Below the pieces are notes generated by a model. It did no database searches, had not been told where the DNA came from, and saw only the letters and a program-made list of their open reading frames with translations. From the NCBI GenBank assembly GCA_964016885.1, contig OZ024761.1:14508001-14572000 (forward strand): a DNA stretch of 64,000 nucleotides. The letters run 5' to 3'. Positions 24,260-37,130 of this stretch are shown piece after piece (position 1 is the first letter of the stretch; every line of letters starts with the position of its first letter). Source of the DNA: Eledone cirrhosa (Eukaryota). Both the position numbers and the translations under genes were made by a program.

Positions 24260-25780
24260 GGGAGAGGGGGAGAGAGAGAGACAGAGAGAACGAGAGAGGG
24301 ATTGGGGTGAGAGATGGTGTGAGAGAGAGAAATAAGGAGAGAGAGATTGGGGAAAGAGAGCGAGAGAGAGAGGGATTGAGGTGAGAGAGAGATTGGGTGG
24401 TAGATGGTGTGAGAGAGAGAGATTGGGGTGAGAGATGGCGTGAGAGAGAGAGAGAAACAGAGAGAGGGGGAGATTGGGGGGGGGGTGATGAGAGAGAGAG
24501 AGAGATTGGGGTGAGAGATGGTGTGAGAGAGAGAGAAAGAGAAAGAGAGAGGGTGGAAAGAGAGAGATTGGGGTGACGGGTGATGTGAGAGAGAGAGAGA
24601 TTGGGGTGAGAGATGGCAAGAGAGAGATGTCAAAAAGGAGAATGAGGGGGAGAGAGAGAGAGAGAGAAAGAAAGAAAGAAAGTAAGAAAGAGACTAACAT
24701 AGACATAGCAATGAAGAAGTTGAATAAGACAGGGTGTGGTGGTGGGTATGTAAGTGACTGAAAGAAGGGTGAGAGAGAGGGGAATAGTGAGAGGGAAGAG
24801 TGTGAGAGACAAAAAGGATAAAGTGTGACAATATATGAATCCACCTCCCTCCCCAGTACCCCTGGAGTTCATTGGTCTGCTAGGTCATTTAGTGCAACAG
24901 ATGAGGATATACAGTTCTATCTCTCTCACTGTTCCTCTCTTTTTTCCTCCAATCTGTAAAATCTCTCTATTCATCTATATTTATTTCTCTATCTATCTAT
25001 CTACAAATCTCTCTCACTCTCTCTCTCTATCTATCTGTGTATATCTATCTACAAATCTCTCTCACTCTCTCTATCTATCTATCTATCTATCTATCTACAA
25101 ATCTCTCTCTCTCCATCTGTGTATATCTATCTACAAATCTCTCTCACCCTCTCTCTCCATCTATCTATCTATCTATCTACAAATCTCTCTCACTCTCTCT
25201 CTCTATCTATCTATCTACAAATCTCTCTCTCTCCATCTGTGTATATCTATCTACAAATCTCTCTCACTCTCTCTCTCCATCTATCTATCTATCTACAAAT
25301 CTCTCTCACTCTCTCTCTCTATCTATCTGTGTATATCTATCTACAAATCTCTCTCACTCTCTCTCTCCATCTATCTACAAATCTCTCTCACTCTCTCTCT
25401 CTCTCTCTCCATCTATCTACAAATCTCTCTCTCTCCATCTGTGTATCTACCAATCTCTGTCACTCTCTCTCTCTCTCTATCTATCTATCTACAAATCTCT
25501 CTCTCTCTATCTATCTGTGTTTATCTATCTATCTATGCCCCATTTCTTGTATGCCCTTGTGGCAAATAAAGAAAGATATCTATCTATCTACAAATCTCTC
25601 TCTCACTCTCTCTCTCCATCTGTGTATCTATCTATCTGTCTATATCTATCCCTCCCTCTTACTCTTTTTCAACCCATCCATCTATCTATCTACATATTTG
25701 TCTGTCTGCCTATTTACCTGTCTGTCTGTCAGCTTTCTATATCTCTCTCTCTATATATATATATATCTGTTTATCTATTT
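24260..25780. repeat. (GA)n-derived and (TCTA/TC)n-derived minisatellites
   Basis: gagagattggggtgagagatgg units (24260-24660); atctacaaatctctctcactct units (24960-25620). Confidence 0.9.
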
Positions 25781-25781
25781 A

Positions 25782-26690
25782 CCTCCTTCCAACGGAGAGC
25801 TGGGCATGCCGTGGCTAATGATGCGCAAACATGCACTGAGGCTACGGCATCTCCAGGTGTTCCTCATCGACCAACTGGTGTGGGCACTGTTTGTGAGACA
25901 GGGCTTCCCACAACTTGTCTCGCTGACAGAGCTGCAGTCCTGGGTGAAGCGAAGACCGAAGAAGATGGGCGCCTGGCACATTGAATGCACCCAGGCGCTC
26001 ACAGTCCTCTGTCAAGCGGGCACAGCAATCAGTGGAGACTCCACTTCGACATTCTATAGAGGGTTAGTACTTTACAAGTGCGACGACGTTCTCAGGGAGA
26101 CTCTAGGCGTCGAAGACGACGAGCTCACCAGTCTGTTCGGTAGGACTTTCCGCCTGGGACCTATGGACAACTTCCAGAGGTCCCTGGCCTGGCAGTGCTT
26201 CCGAGGAGCTCTACCAGTTCGAGATAAGATCTACAGGCACGGACGCCCCGGCAGGGATCCTTCCAAGAGGACATGTCCAAGATGCGAGCAAGACATTGAA
26301 ACCGTCTTGCACACAATTGTACACTGCCCGAGCGTAAGCAACCTGTGGAACTATGCAGAACAACTGCTGTCCCATATGGGACAAATCCAGTTGACTGCCG
26401 AGTCGATAGTAAGGATCAAACTGCCAGCCTCTTTCAAAAATGAAAGAGAGGCGGTTTTCCTCTGTACAGTGGCTATGGTGAAAAAGGTTATATGGTGGAC
26501 GAGATTGAGAGGACTGAGGACAGATGCCTTTCTCTCCGGACAACAATTGATTCCCTTCTTTAAGTATCACTTTAGAAGGAGAATCAGAGTAGAGAGAGAG
26601 GCACTGCACCCCAGTAAATTTACTGAAAAGTGGGTGAATGAAGCGAAAATGGCCCGAGTGATTGGGTCTTCTCTGTTTATAAGCCTGTAG
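25782..26690 (+). pseudogene. Tx1-like ORF2 C-terminal ~300 aa (open frame, CCHC zinc knuckle)
   Basis: Non-repetitive part of ORF 25119..26690; the upstream part is microsatellite read-through. Confidence 0.8.
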
Positions 26691-26975
26691 GTTAAAGAAG
26701 AGAGCAAAAAGGAAGAAGGAGGCACTTGCACAACACACTCCAGAAGTTGAGGGTTGTTCTATCGACGGGGTATTAAACAACCCATTTGTGGCACCTCCAG
26801 CTGTCTTTCTCTCTGCCTATCTTTCTATCTGTCTATCTATCTACCTATTTGTTCACCAACCCATTCACTATATTTCTATCTATCTATTTACCCATATATT
26901 TGTATGTCTATCTACCTATCTATCTGTCTTTTTGTCCCCTTCTTTTGTGCCCCTGTGGCTAATAAAGAAATATAT
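25782..26975 (+). mobile_element. Tx1/L1-clade LINE 3' portion, 5'-truncated, in (TCTA)n
   Basis: PPSNGELGMP post-RT motif, WQCFRGALPV...CPRCEQDIETVLHTIVHC (zf-RVT CCHC), 3' UTR, terminal gtggctAATAAAgaaatatatctatct. Confidence 0.85.
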
Positions 26976-27291
26976 CTATCTGTCTTTTTATTTGCATCTC
27001 AAATAATCGCCCCATTGTTAAATTTTGCTAATCTATCTCCGGTGAAATTTTATACATGACTAGCAATTCCATACATTATATAAAATAAATAGGATGGGTT
27101 GGAGGTCTCAGTATGTAAACTAAATGACTAATTCTGTTTTTTTTTTTAAATCAATGGAGACAACCTAGGAAAATTACCAATTTTCCACCCCACCCCAGCT
27201 TATTCCAACTCCCTATTATTTGGGACCTGAGAGTACCTGCTTGTCTGTATACCTGTCTTTCTTTATACACATCTCTCTATCTACTTATCCA

Positions 27292-27540
27292 GGGATTTGA
27301 ACTCAGAACATAAAGAGCCAGAACAAATATTAAATACCACAATGGCATCTAGTCTGATGTTCTACCGATTCTGCCTATCAACCGCCCTAGCATAATCAGA
27401 CATAATTGTTTCTACTTTTGGCACAAGGCCAGCAATTACCCAGTGCATTACTGGTACTTTATTTTATCGACCCCGTAAGGGTGAAAGGCAAAGTTAACCT
27501 CGGCGGGATTTGCACTCAGAATGGCAAGGGTCGCAACTCT
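27292..27540 (-). mobile_element. SINE family 1 fragments
   Basis: gggatttgaactcaga B-box and ttttatcgaccccgtaag...aaaggcaaagttaacctcggcgg. Confidence 0.7.
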
Positions 27541-27920
27541 TCAGACATAATAACTGAAAATATTAACCTAATGAGCCCTCAATATATATAATACAAGGAA
27601 ATGGTTGATAGTGACTTCACCTGTTGTCGTCTGCTGTCATCTGCTATAGGGAGACAGCCACAGGTGAAGCTTCAATCTTATTCTCAACTATTTTTCTGAA
27701 GGACATAGGGAGGTAGGAAAGGAGTGAGGGGAGTAAGTGGGAGGATCAATAAGTAGGTGCGTAGATCAATAGATCGGTATAGATAGATAGATAAATAGGT
27801 ATAGATAGATAGGTAGATAAATAGATAAATGGATGGATGGACAGACAAATAGATAGAGAGATAGATGGATAGAGAGATGAACAGACATATAGACATAGAT
27901 AGATAGATATGTAGATAGAT

Positions 27921-28310
27921 ATGTTTCTTTATTAGCCACAGGGGCACAAAAGAAGGGGACAAATACAAAGGGGGAAGTTTACATACAATAAAAACGTGTA
28001 AAATATTATCACAAATGCAATTAAAAAAATTAGTCGATTTTCCCCAATAGGGGGAGACAGTTCATATGGGTAACACATACCCCCGAAAAAATGTGAAACC
28101 CTCATCTTCAGGAGTACAAAGAGTTTTTACTCCTTTCCTCTCCTCCTCCTTTTCCTCAACCTACAAGCTGATATAGAGAGAAGGCCCATTCACTCGGGCC
28201 ATTCTCGCCACTTTCACCCACCTTTCATAAAACTTGCTGGGGAACAGCACCTCTCTCTCTATCCTGATTCTTCTTCCAAAGTGGTATTTGAAAAAAAGAA
28301 TCAGTTGTTG
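27921..28310 (-). mobile_element. Tx1-like 3' end, subfamily 2, in (TAGA)n
   Basis: QQLILFFKYHFGRRIRIEREVLFPSKFYERWV...ISL-stop is homologous to the end of the 26690 ORF; same AATAAA terminus. Confidence 0.85.
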
Positions 28311-28381
28311 ATAGATAGATAGATAGATATGTAGATAGATAGATAGATAGTCAGACAAATCGATAGATAGATAGATAGATA

Positions 28382-28630
28382 TATTTCTTTATTAACCACA
28401 AGGGCGCACAAGAAAAGGGGACAAAACAAAGACATGTCGGGGATTTTACATACAATCGTGTAAAAATATAAAACAAACAATTATAACAATCGAAATCCCC
28501 AATAGGGGTAAGGCACCACAAATGGGTTGTTTAATACCCCGTCGATAGAACAACCCTCAACTTCAGGAGCGTGTTGTGCAAGTGCTCCTTTCTTCCTTTT
28601 GCTCTCTTCTTCAACCTACAGGTTTATATA
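28382..28630 (-). mobile_element. Tx1-like 3' UTR, subfamily 1, in (TAGA)n
   Basis: Reverse complement matches 26680-26795 and continues to the AATAAA terminus. Confidence 0.85.
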
Positions 28631-28665
28631 CAGATAGATATATAGATAGATAGATAGGAAGATAT

Positions 28666-28711
<46 letters not shown>

Positions 28712-28712
<1 letters not shown>

Positions 28713-28876
28713 TATTTCTTTATTAGCCACAGGGGCACAAAAGAAGGGGACAAATACAAAGGGGGAAGTTTACATACAATAAAAACGTGTAAAATGTTAT
28801 CACAGATGGAATTTAAAAGTTAGTCGATTTTCCCCAATAGAGGGAGACAGTTTATATGGGTAACACATACCCCCGA
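28712..28876 (-). mobile_element. Tx1-like 3' UTR, subfamily 2, shorter copy
   Basis: Near-identical to 27921-28085. Confidence 0.85.
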
Positions 28877-29283
28877 GATGGATAGATAGATAGGAAGATA
28901 GAAAGAAAGATAGATATATAGATAGGAAGATAGATAGAAAGATAGATATATAGATAGATAGATGGACGAACAAACAGATGGACAGAGAGATAGAGGGATA
29001 AATAGCCAGACAAACAGGTAGATAGATGCACAGACATTCATTCATCCAGACAGACAGACAGACAGAGACACAGACAGACAGGCACAGAGAGACAGGTTGA
29101 CAGACAGACAGTTGTTTATGTCTGCTAATAAGTCTTACTCTTTATCTCAAAGAAAAACAACAACAACACCTCACGTTGCATAGCTGCTGTCATTGTTGCT
29201 GCTGCTGTTGTTGCAACTACTGCCACTGCTGTCGATGTTGCAATTCATTGGCTTGATCGAAACTATCAAACACATCAGAGAGA

Positions 29284-29729
29284 ACAACAGCAGCAACAAT
29301 GACAGCAGCAACAGCTGAAAAAACGACAGCAACAGCAGCAGAAAAAACAACAGCAGCAACAACATTGACAACAACAGCAGCAGTAAAAACAACGACAGCA
29401 ACGATAGCAGCAGCAAAAGCAACAGCAGCAGCAACAAATACAAGGGCAATGACTGCAACAACGATGACAACAACAACAACAAGGGCAATAACAGCAGCAA
29501 CAAGTACAAAATCAACAAAATCACCACCACCACCAACAACAACAACAGCAGCAGCAGCAACAACAACAACAACAACAACACCACCAATAACAACAACAAA
29601 ATCAACACCACCACCAACAACAACAACAAAATCAACAACAACACCAACTACAACATCATCAACAACAACACCAACAACAACAACACCACCAACAATGACA
29701 ACAACACCAATAACAACAACAAAATCAAC

Positions 29730-29761
<32 letters not shown>

Positions 29762-30092
29762 CAACACCATCAACACCACCATCAACACCACCACCAACAA
29801 CAACAACAACACCACCGACAACAACAACACCAACAACACCACCACCATCAACATCACCACCATCAACACCACCACCATCAACAACACCACCATCAACACC
29901 ACCACCATCAACAACACCACCATCAACACCACCATCAACACCACCAACAACAACAACAACACCACCACCATCAACACCACCACCATCAACAACACCACCA
30001 TCAACACCACCACCATCAACAACACCACCATCAACAACAACAACAACACCACCAACATCAACAACACCACCATCAACAACAACACCAACAAC

Positions 30093-30123
<31 letters not shown>

Positions 30124-30140
30124 GCAGCAGCAACAATTTG
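29284..30140. repeat. (ACA/CCA/GCA)n trinucleotide low-complexity tract
   Basis: Direct inspection; gives a Thr/Pro-rich pseudo-ORF. Confidence 0.85.
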
Positions 30141-30487
30141 AGATTCTCCAACAGTAGCAGACATGCCGCCCACTCCTGAAAACGTGCGTGGAACGGCGTC
30201 AACAACAACAAGATCAAAGACGACAACAATAACAACAACATCATCATCCTTGCCAGCTTCGTGCTTCAATGAACATAGTGGAAATCAATACAGAACTCAA
30301 TCATATGGTAGAAGCAGTAGTAGTAGTAATAGTAGCAGTAGTAGCTGCAGTAGTAGTAATAGTAGTATCAAGAATATATGAATGGCAACTAGAGACATAT
30401 AGACTTTGGCTTGCTGCTGCTAACATAACCAAAAATGTCTCGTGTGTGTGTGTGTGTGTGTGTGTATATACATTATATATATAAGGT

Positions 30488-30766
30488 GGAGGCACATGGC
30501 TTAGTGGTAAGGGTGTTGGACTTACGATCATAACTTCGTGGGTTCAATTCCTGGACTGCGTGTTGTGTTCTTGAGCAAAACACTTCATTTCCCGTTGCTC
30601 CAGTATACTCAGCTGAAAATGAGTACCAGCAAGAACTGGTGGGTTAACCCTGCGATGGATTGCCATCCTGTCCAGGGGGAAGTCTTGCACACTCAGTCAC
30701 TTCACGCCATGAAACTGGGATAAGCACTGACCAAATGAGCCTGGCTTAAGACAGAGTTTAGACTTA
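30488..30766 (+). mobile_element. SINE family 2, full length
   Basis: A-box, B-box gggttcaattcc, ttgagcaaaacactt, ccctgcgatggattgccatcctgtccaggg, tttagac tail. Confidence 0.8.
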
Positions 30767-30907
30767 TATAAGTCCCAGGTTCAATCAGGGGTAACCACAG
30801 TAAGTAAGGTACTCAGAACATTTGTAGAGCATATATATGTTTTGTATATACTCTACTAATGTATTGAGTACATTACTTAATGAAACATTTCTATATCATA
30901 TTATATA

Positions 30908-31088
30908 AAACCTCCCAGACCCACACTGTAAATGTGGTTGGTGTTAGGAAGGGCATCCAACTGTAGAAAACCTGCCAGACAGTCCTATGCGAGCAAGACA
31001 ATCACTCTTGCCTCAAGTGGGAAAACCCCCGTCCAAACCCATGCAAGCGTGGAACACGGACATTAAACGTTGATGATGATGATGATGA

Positions 31089-31131
<43 letters not shown>

Positions 31132-31463
31132 ATCATCACTGTTTTCGTAAATTTTTCCACACGATATATATAACATCAGCTTGCTTTGGGAAACTCTGAG
31201 TACCTAGGAAGGTATATGCAGATTTGCCATGTGTTTTATACAATATACTATATATATAGACGGCATGGCAAAAAGCACCCGTCACATTCTAAATGTGGTT
31301 GGCGTTAGGAAGGGCATCCAACCATAGAAAGCAAGCCAAAATCAGTTCTGTGTGAGCGAATCACAATCCCCCAACCTGATCTCTCACAAAGGGAAAACTC
31401 GTCCTACCCATGCTAACGTGGAAGATGGACGTTACACGATGATGATGACAATGATGATGATGA
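30908..31463 (+). mobile_element. Two RTE LINE 3' ends (30908-31092 and 31265-31463)
   Basis: UTR motifs with (GAT)n tails running into (TA)n. Confidence 0.8.
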
Positions 31464-31886
31464 TATATATATATATATATATATATGTCACTGGTACTTT
31501 TAGAAAGCAACACCCGGGTATATTAATGAATGAAAACAACAGAAGTAAGCTATATTTCTTCTTTATGTTTTTCTGTCTGTTTCTAGCTGTGTGATGAGGT
31601 CATAACTGTTGCATAACTGTTGTCACCAAAATATATATAACAGTGATTATGACTGAACGAAGCGAATTATAACCCGTTGAATTATACTTTGTGATTATAA
31701 ATATACTCTGGAGGAAATAGACCCACTTGTGTACTTCATCGAGTGCTCAGCCCTGCATACTAAAGTATCGATATACTAACACATATTGTAATTAATATTA
31801 TGAATAAAAATATGAATAAAAATATGAATAAATATGAATAAAAATATAAATAATAAATGAATAAAAATAACCAGGATTAAATTATA

Positions 31887-32230
31887 TTAACCCTTTAGCA
31901 TTTACATTACCCTATATATACTATTATATTTTCACAGTAAAGTCTTTATCTTACATATCTCACATAATATAGAATCTATGAGATTTTTATATTATTTATT
32001 TTGAGAACCCCGCCAAGGTTAACTTTGCCTTTCATCCTTACGGGATTGATAAAATAAAGTACCAGTAATGCACTGGGTAATTGCTGGCTTTGTGCCTAAC
32101 ATAGAAACAATTATTTATTTTGAGAACAATACCTTAACATCAGTATGAGTGGCCAGTTATGGCTGGTTTGAACAGAAAAAGGTGAGAGAATTCTGGCCGG
32201 ATATGGCCGGTTTAAATACTAAAGGGTTAA
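31887..32230. mobile_element. piggyBac-like MITE (TTAA-CCCTT ends) carrying a SINE insertion at about 32008-32113
   Basis: ttaaccctttagcattta ... taaatactaaagggttaa; the SINE is flanked by duplicated attatttattttgagaac. Confidence 0.7.
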
Positions 32231-32411
32231 ATAATTTTATTGATTTACAAACATTTCTATCAATACTTTAAGAAATTCTATGTCATACTGATTTCTTCAG
32301 AATCGATTAAACAACATAAATAACAATCATTTACCAACCATGACCAAACGAATAGATTCTGAAGACATTAGTACAGAGGAAAAGCTGTAATTTCTTACTG
32401 TATTGATAGAA

Positions 32412-32697
32412 ACTACGCAGTGTGGAAATGCCTAAACAGACTAAGATCTTGTGTTGGACGTGCAAAAGTCACTCTTGCAAAATGGAGATATTTAAAGGAT
32501 GGGAACTTTGTGTGTGACTGCGGCATCAACCACAGACTACGCAGCACCTCCTGAAATGTCCCCTGCTGGAACACCCCTACCGAACATTGAACTTTGCAGA
32601 ATTTAATGACACAAGACAGCAATGTGTTCAGCTGTGGTGGAACCATATCTAGCCAAGCTTTGTAACTGACTCTTGTGGAGACGACAAGACGAAGAAA
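32412..32697 (+). mobile_element. Vingi/Ingi-like LINE 3' fragment
   Basis: VWKCLNRLRSCVGRAKVTLAKW...CDCG/PQTTQHLLKCP (CCHC, frameshifted), short UTR ending gacgaagaaaa. Confidence 0.65.
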
Positions 32698-32906
32698 ATG
32701 GAAATGGTGATAAATCAATTAAGTATTTGAAGGTTATTTTTATATATGCTATGTGATATTGTATAAATACTGTGATTGGAAATTTACCAATTGGATTAAG
32801 CTCTGAAATGTCTTTTACCTATCTTGCTGTAATCTATAATATCACATTTGCGCTTTGAATTATTCTTTGCCTTATATGGTTGTGTTATCAACTTGTCTAA
32901 ACTATT

Positions 32907-32975
<69 letters not shown>

Positions 32976-33006
32976 TATATATACATATATATATATATAC
33001 ACGCAC

Positions 33007-33077
<71 letters not shown>

Positions 33078-33255
33078 TACATATATATATATACACAGAC
33101 AAACATAAACACACATACATACATACACACACACATATATATATACACCCATATATATATATTTTTTTAATTCCTCTTTGCCCATTTTTTCAGCCTCACT
33201 TTCATATTTCCTTTTGTTTTCAAATCCATATTTAATAAAAACACCAAGTTATTTA

Positions 33256-33316
33256 TTCATTCTGACGACTGAAGACAGACATAACATCTGCCTTCAAGAA
33301 ACCACTGGTAAATGAA
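33256..33316 (+). ncRNA. Type I hammerhead ribozyme motif (best-formed copy)
   Basis: ttcatt-CTGACGA-ctgaagacag-acataacat-ctgccttcaa-GAAA-cca-c-tgg-TA-aatgaa: 6-bp stem I, long imperfect stem II, stem III, GUA cleavage triplet. Confidence 0.65.
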
Positions 33317-33454
33317 ATAATTATCTTATGTTGTTTATTACATAACTATATATATATATATATATTAAAGAGTTAAACAAGATTTAATGAGTATATCAAA
33401 TAATGAGTTTTACAGTAGATTGGAAGCACTCTACGAAAAATAATTTTCCAGAGT

Positions 33455-33653
33455 TATTAATATTAAAATACAAATATTAATAAAATAGATGTTCTTTTGA
33501 TCAATTACATTTTATTATACATATTTCGGATGTACAACAGTACGTCCTCATCAGACAAAATATAATGATACATGACATACCCTGAGATGTTAAATGGTTA
33601 AGATTTAATCAAGGTAATTGATCAAAAGAACATCTATTTCATTAATATTTGTA

Positions 33654-33662
<9 letters not shown>
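33455..33662. mobile_element. Fold-back Penelope-like remnant enclosing a hammerhead
   Basis: About 50-bp inverted arms (33460-33508 / 33614-33662) flanking the 33510-33560 motif. Confidence 0.6.
33510..33560 (-). ncRNA. Type I hammerhead ribozyme motif
   Basis: Minus strand ttttgt-CTGATGA-ggacgtac-tgtt-gtacatcc-GAAA-tatgta-TA-ataaaa. Confidence 0.6.
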
Positions 33663-33690
<28 letters not shown>

Positions 33691-33692
<2 letters not shown>

Positions 33693-33968
33693 ACTGCAAG
33701 ATGGTCGTGGAGGTGCCACGGCAAAAAAGCACCCAGCCCACACTGTAAAGTGGACGTGTAGATGCCACGGAAAAAGCACCCAGCACTCACTGTAAATGAG
33801 TGTTAGGAAGAGCATCCAGCTGTAGAAACCAAGCCAAAATCAGTTCCTGTATGAGCAAGACATGGTCAGTCGACCAGACACTGCCCACAACAGGACAACC
33901 CGTCTAACCCATGCTAGCATGGAAGAACGGACGTAAAACGGTGATGATGATGAGGATGATGATGATGA
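33691..33968 (+). mobile_element. RTE LINE 3' UTR inserted in (TA)n
   Basis: Close match to 59110-59373; (TA)n on both sides. Confidence 0.85.
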
Positions 33969-34433
33969 TATATATATATATATACACATACATATAAACA
34001 AACACATACACACAAACACATCTATACGTACATTCACATATGGACATACACTCTTCTACAACACGTGCAGCTCTGTTGGTGGGTGTGACCATGAATACAT
34101 ATATATATATAAACACACACCCACACAGATGCATGTCATGAAAACACATGTACTGTGTAATGTCATGTGTGTAGAGAGTGTGTATACTGGTGGTGCGTGT
34201 TGGATGTGAATTGGCTGTGTTGTATGTGTGGGTGGGTGTTGATGGTGTTTGTGTGTATGTGGGGAGAGGGGGACTTTGTATGGATGTGTAGGAGTGTGTA
34301 GGAGTGTGTGGGCGGTTATTTATTTCTATGTCCTGAATATAATATATACATGCATGACGTATAAACACCTTCAGCAGATATATTCATCTATCAGCCTATA
34401 CAGCTGTCTATACACTTCTCGTTATATACTACC

Positions 34434-34485
<52 letters not shown>

Positions 34486-34625
34486 TGTATGTAAAAGGTA
34501 AACAGAAATAACAACACAATCGGTACAGTATATGGAAGATATATATATTTGTATATATACATGTACATATATATATACATATACACACACATACATATAT
34601 ATATTCATATATATATATATATCAT

Positions 34626-34738
<113 letters not shown>

Positions 34739-34749
34739 CACATGTACAT

Positions 34750-34812
<63 letters not shown>

Positions 34813-34831
34813 CACATGTACATATACATAC

Positions 34832-34870
<39 letters not shown>

Positions 34871-35129
34871 CACATGTACATATACATACATATATATATA
34901 TGTATATATACACATGTACATATACATACATATATATATATATATATACACATGTACATATACATACATATACACACATATATATATACATATAAACACA
35001 CACACACACATATACATGTACATATATACACACACACATATGTACATATAATACACACACACACACATATATACACACACACACATATATACATGTACGT
35101 ATATATACACACATATATATACATGTACG

Positions 35130-35160
<31 letters not shown>

Positions 35161-35229
35161 GCGCATAATTATATGATGGTGGTGATGACATAATCTACAA
35201 ATTTTTACTTTTACTTAAGTATATATCGA

Positions 35230-35930
35230 TGCCACAATAAAAAGCACCCAGTCCACCCTGTAAGGTGGTAGTGCTGAAACCATGAGAAAAAGTACCCAGT
35301 CTACTATGTGAGGTGGTAGTGCTGGTACCATGAAAAAAATCAAGCAGTCAACCCTGTAAAGGGTTAGTGATGGTGCCTGGACAAAAGGCACCCATTCTAT
35401 ACTATAAGGTGGTAATGCTGGTCCAACAAAAAGCACCTAGTCCACCCTGTAAAGGGTTATTGATGGTGCCATGAGAAAAAGTACCCAGTCTACTCTGTAA
35501 AGTGGTAGTGTTGGTACCATGACAAAAATCAACCAGTCAACCCTGTAAAGGGTTAAAGCTGATGCCTAGACAAAAAGCACCCAGTCCACCCTGTAAAGGG
35601 TTATTGATGGTGCCATGAGAAAAAGTACCCAGTCTACTCTGTAAAGTGGTAGTGTTGGTACCATGACAAAAATCAACCAGTCAACCCTGTAAAGGGTTAA
35701 AGCTGATGCCTAGACAAAAAGCACCCAGTCCACCCTGTAAAGGGTTATTGATGGTGCCATGAGAAAAAGTACCCAGTCTACTCTGTAAAGTGGTAGTGTT
35801 GGTACCATGACAAAAATCAACCAGTCAACCCTGTAAAGGGTTAAAGCTGATGTCTAGACAAAAAGCACCCAGTCCAACCTGTAAGTTGGGTGTGCTGGTC
35901 TCAGGACAACAGGCACTCAGTCCACCCTGT
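35230..35930 (+). repeat. 48-bp RTE-UTR-derived satellite with 144-bp higher-order period
   Basis: The gcacc anchor recurs at 35433, 35577, 35721 and 35865 (period 144 = 3 diverged monomers). Confidence 0.85.
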
Positions 35931-36261
35931 AACACGGTACTGCATTGTTATTATTATTATCCCACTCGGTCACGAATGTCCATGGTTTTGCACCTAAAAA
36001 GTTTCCCTCCAAGGCACAAGCCCAGGCAAGGTTTGTTTTATGGAAGACCAGTAGTCGCCCATTACTGTTCCTGTAATTCAAATGGAGGAACTTAGTTTCA
36101 CACTGTGTCATGCTGAATTTCCCTGAGAATTACGTTGAGTGTAAACATGCCTGTGGCGTGCTTGGCCACTAACAAGATAATTTCCTGAGCAGGCCATCTG
36201 TTGATTAAATGAAACAGTCATCATCAAAACCAACATAGACCTGGTCCATTCTATTTTATTA

Positions 36262-37130
36262 GACAAAAGTGCTCAGTCTATACTGTAAAGTGGTCATGTA
36301 GGTGTCTCGGCAAAAAGCGCCCAGTCCACACTATAAAGTGGTCATGTAGGTGTCCCGGCAAAAAGCACCCAGTCCACACTGTGAAGTGGTCATGTAGGTG
36401 TCCCGGCAAAAAGCACCCAGTCCACACTGTGAAGTGGTCGTATAGGTGTCACAAGAAAAAGCGCTCAGTCCACACTGTGAAGTGGTCGCGTATGTGTCAC
36501 AACAAAAAGCACCCAGTCCACATTGTAAAGTGGTCGCGTATGTGTCACAACAAAAAGCACCCAGTCCACATTGTAAAGTGGTCGCGTATGTGTCACAACA
36601 AAAAGCGCTCAGTCCACACTGTAAAGTGGTCGCGTATGTGTCACAACAAAAAGCACCCAGTCCACATTGTAAAGTGGTCGTGTATGTGTCACAACAAAAA
36701 GCATCCAGTCCACATTGTAAAGTGGTCGCGTATGTGTCACAACAAAAAGCACCCAGTCCACACTGTAAAGTGGTCGTGTAGGTGTCACAACAAAAAACAC
36801 TCAGCCCACACTGTAAAGTGGTCGTGTAGGTGTCACAACAAAAGTGCCCTGTCCACACTGTAAAGTGGTCATGTAGGCATCATGACAAAAAGCACCCAGT
36901 CCACACTGTAAAGTGGTTGTGTAGGTGTCACGACAAAAAGCACCCAGCACACACTGTAAATGTGTTTGGCATTAGGAAGGGCATCCAGCCATAGAAACCA
37001 AACAAAAATAAGTTCTGTGTGAGCGAAACATGGTCCTCCGACCTGATCCCTCACAAAGGGACAGCCTGTCCTACTCACGCTAGCGTGGAAAATGGACGTT
37101 AAACAATGATGACGATGATGATGGTGATAT
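36262..37130 (+). mobile_element. RTE 3' UTR with expanded 48-bp tandem repeat (about 15 units) and (GAT)n tail
   Basis: aaaaagcacccagtccacactgtaaagtggtcgcgtatgtgtcacaac units (period 48: 36509, 36557, 36605), then the normal UTR end. Confidence 0.9.

Noticed and set aside
25119-25781. N-terminal part of the 523-aa ORF
   Set aside because: (TCTA/TC)n read-through upstream of the Tx1 truncation point.
29299-30141. Mucin-like Thr/Pro-rich 280-aa ORF
   Set aside because: Third positions are almost all A and the opposite strand is also open, which fits an (ACA/CCA)n tract; no splice signals found.
32335-32358. 24-nt minus-strand microexon (tactaat branch, cag acceptor, gtaaat donor)
   Set aside because: Too short to distinguish from chance without RNA-seq.
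32819-32896. Minus-strand phase 1-1 exon [25 protein letters not shown]
   Set aside because: Weak acceptor next to (GT)n and weak donor; no recognisable protein similarity.
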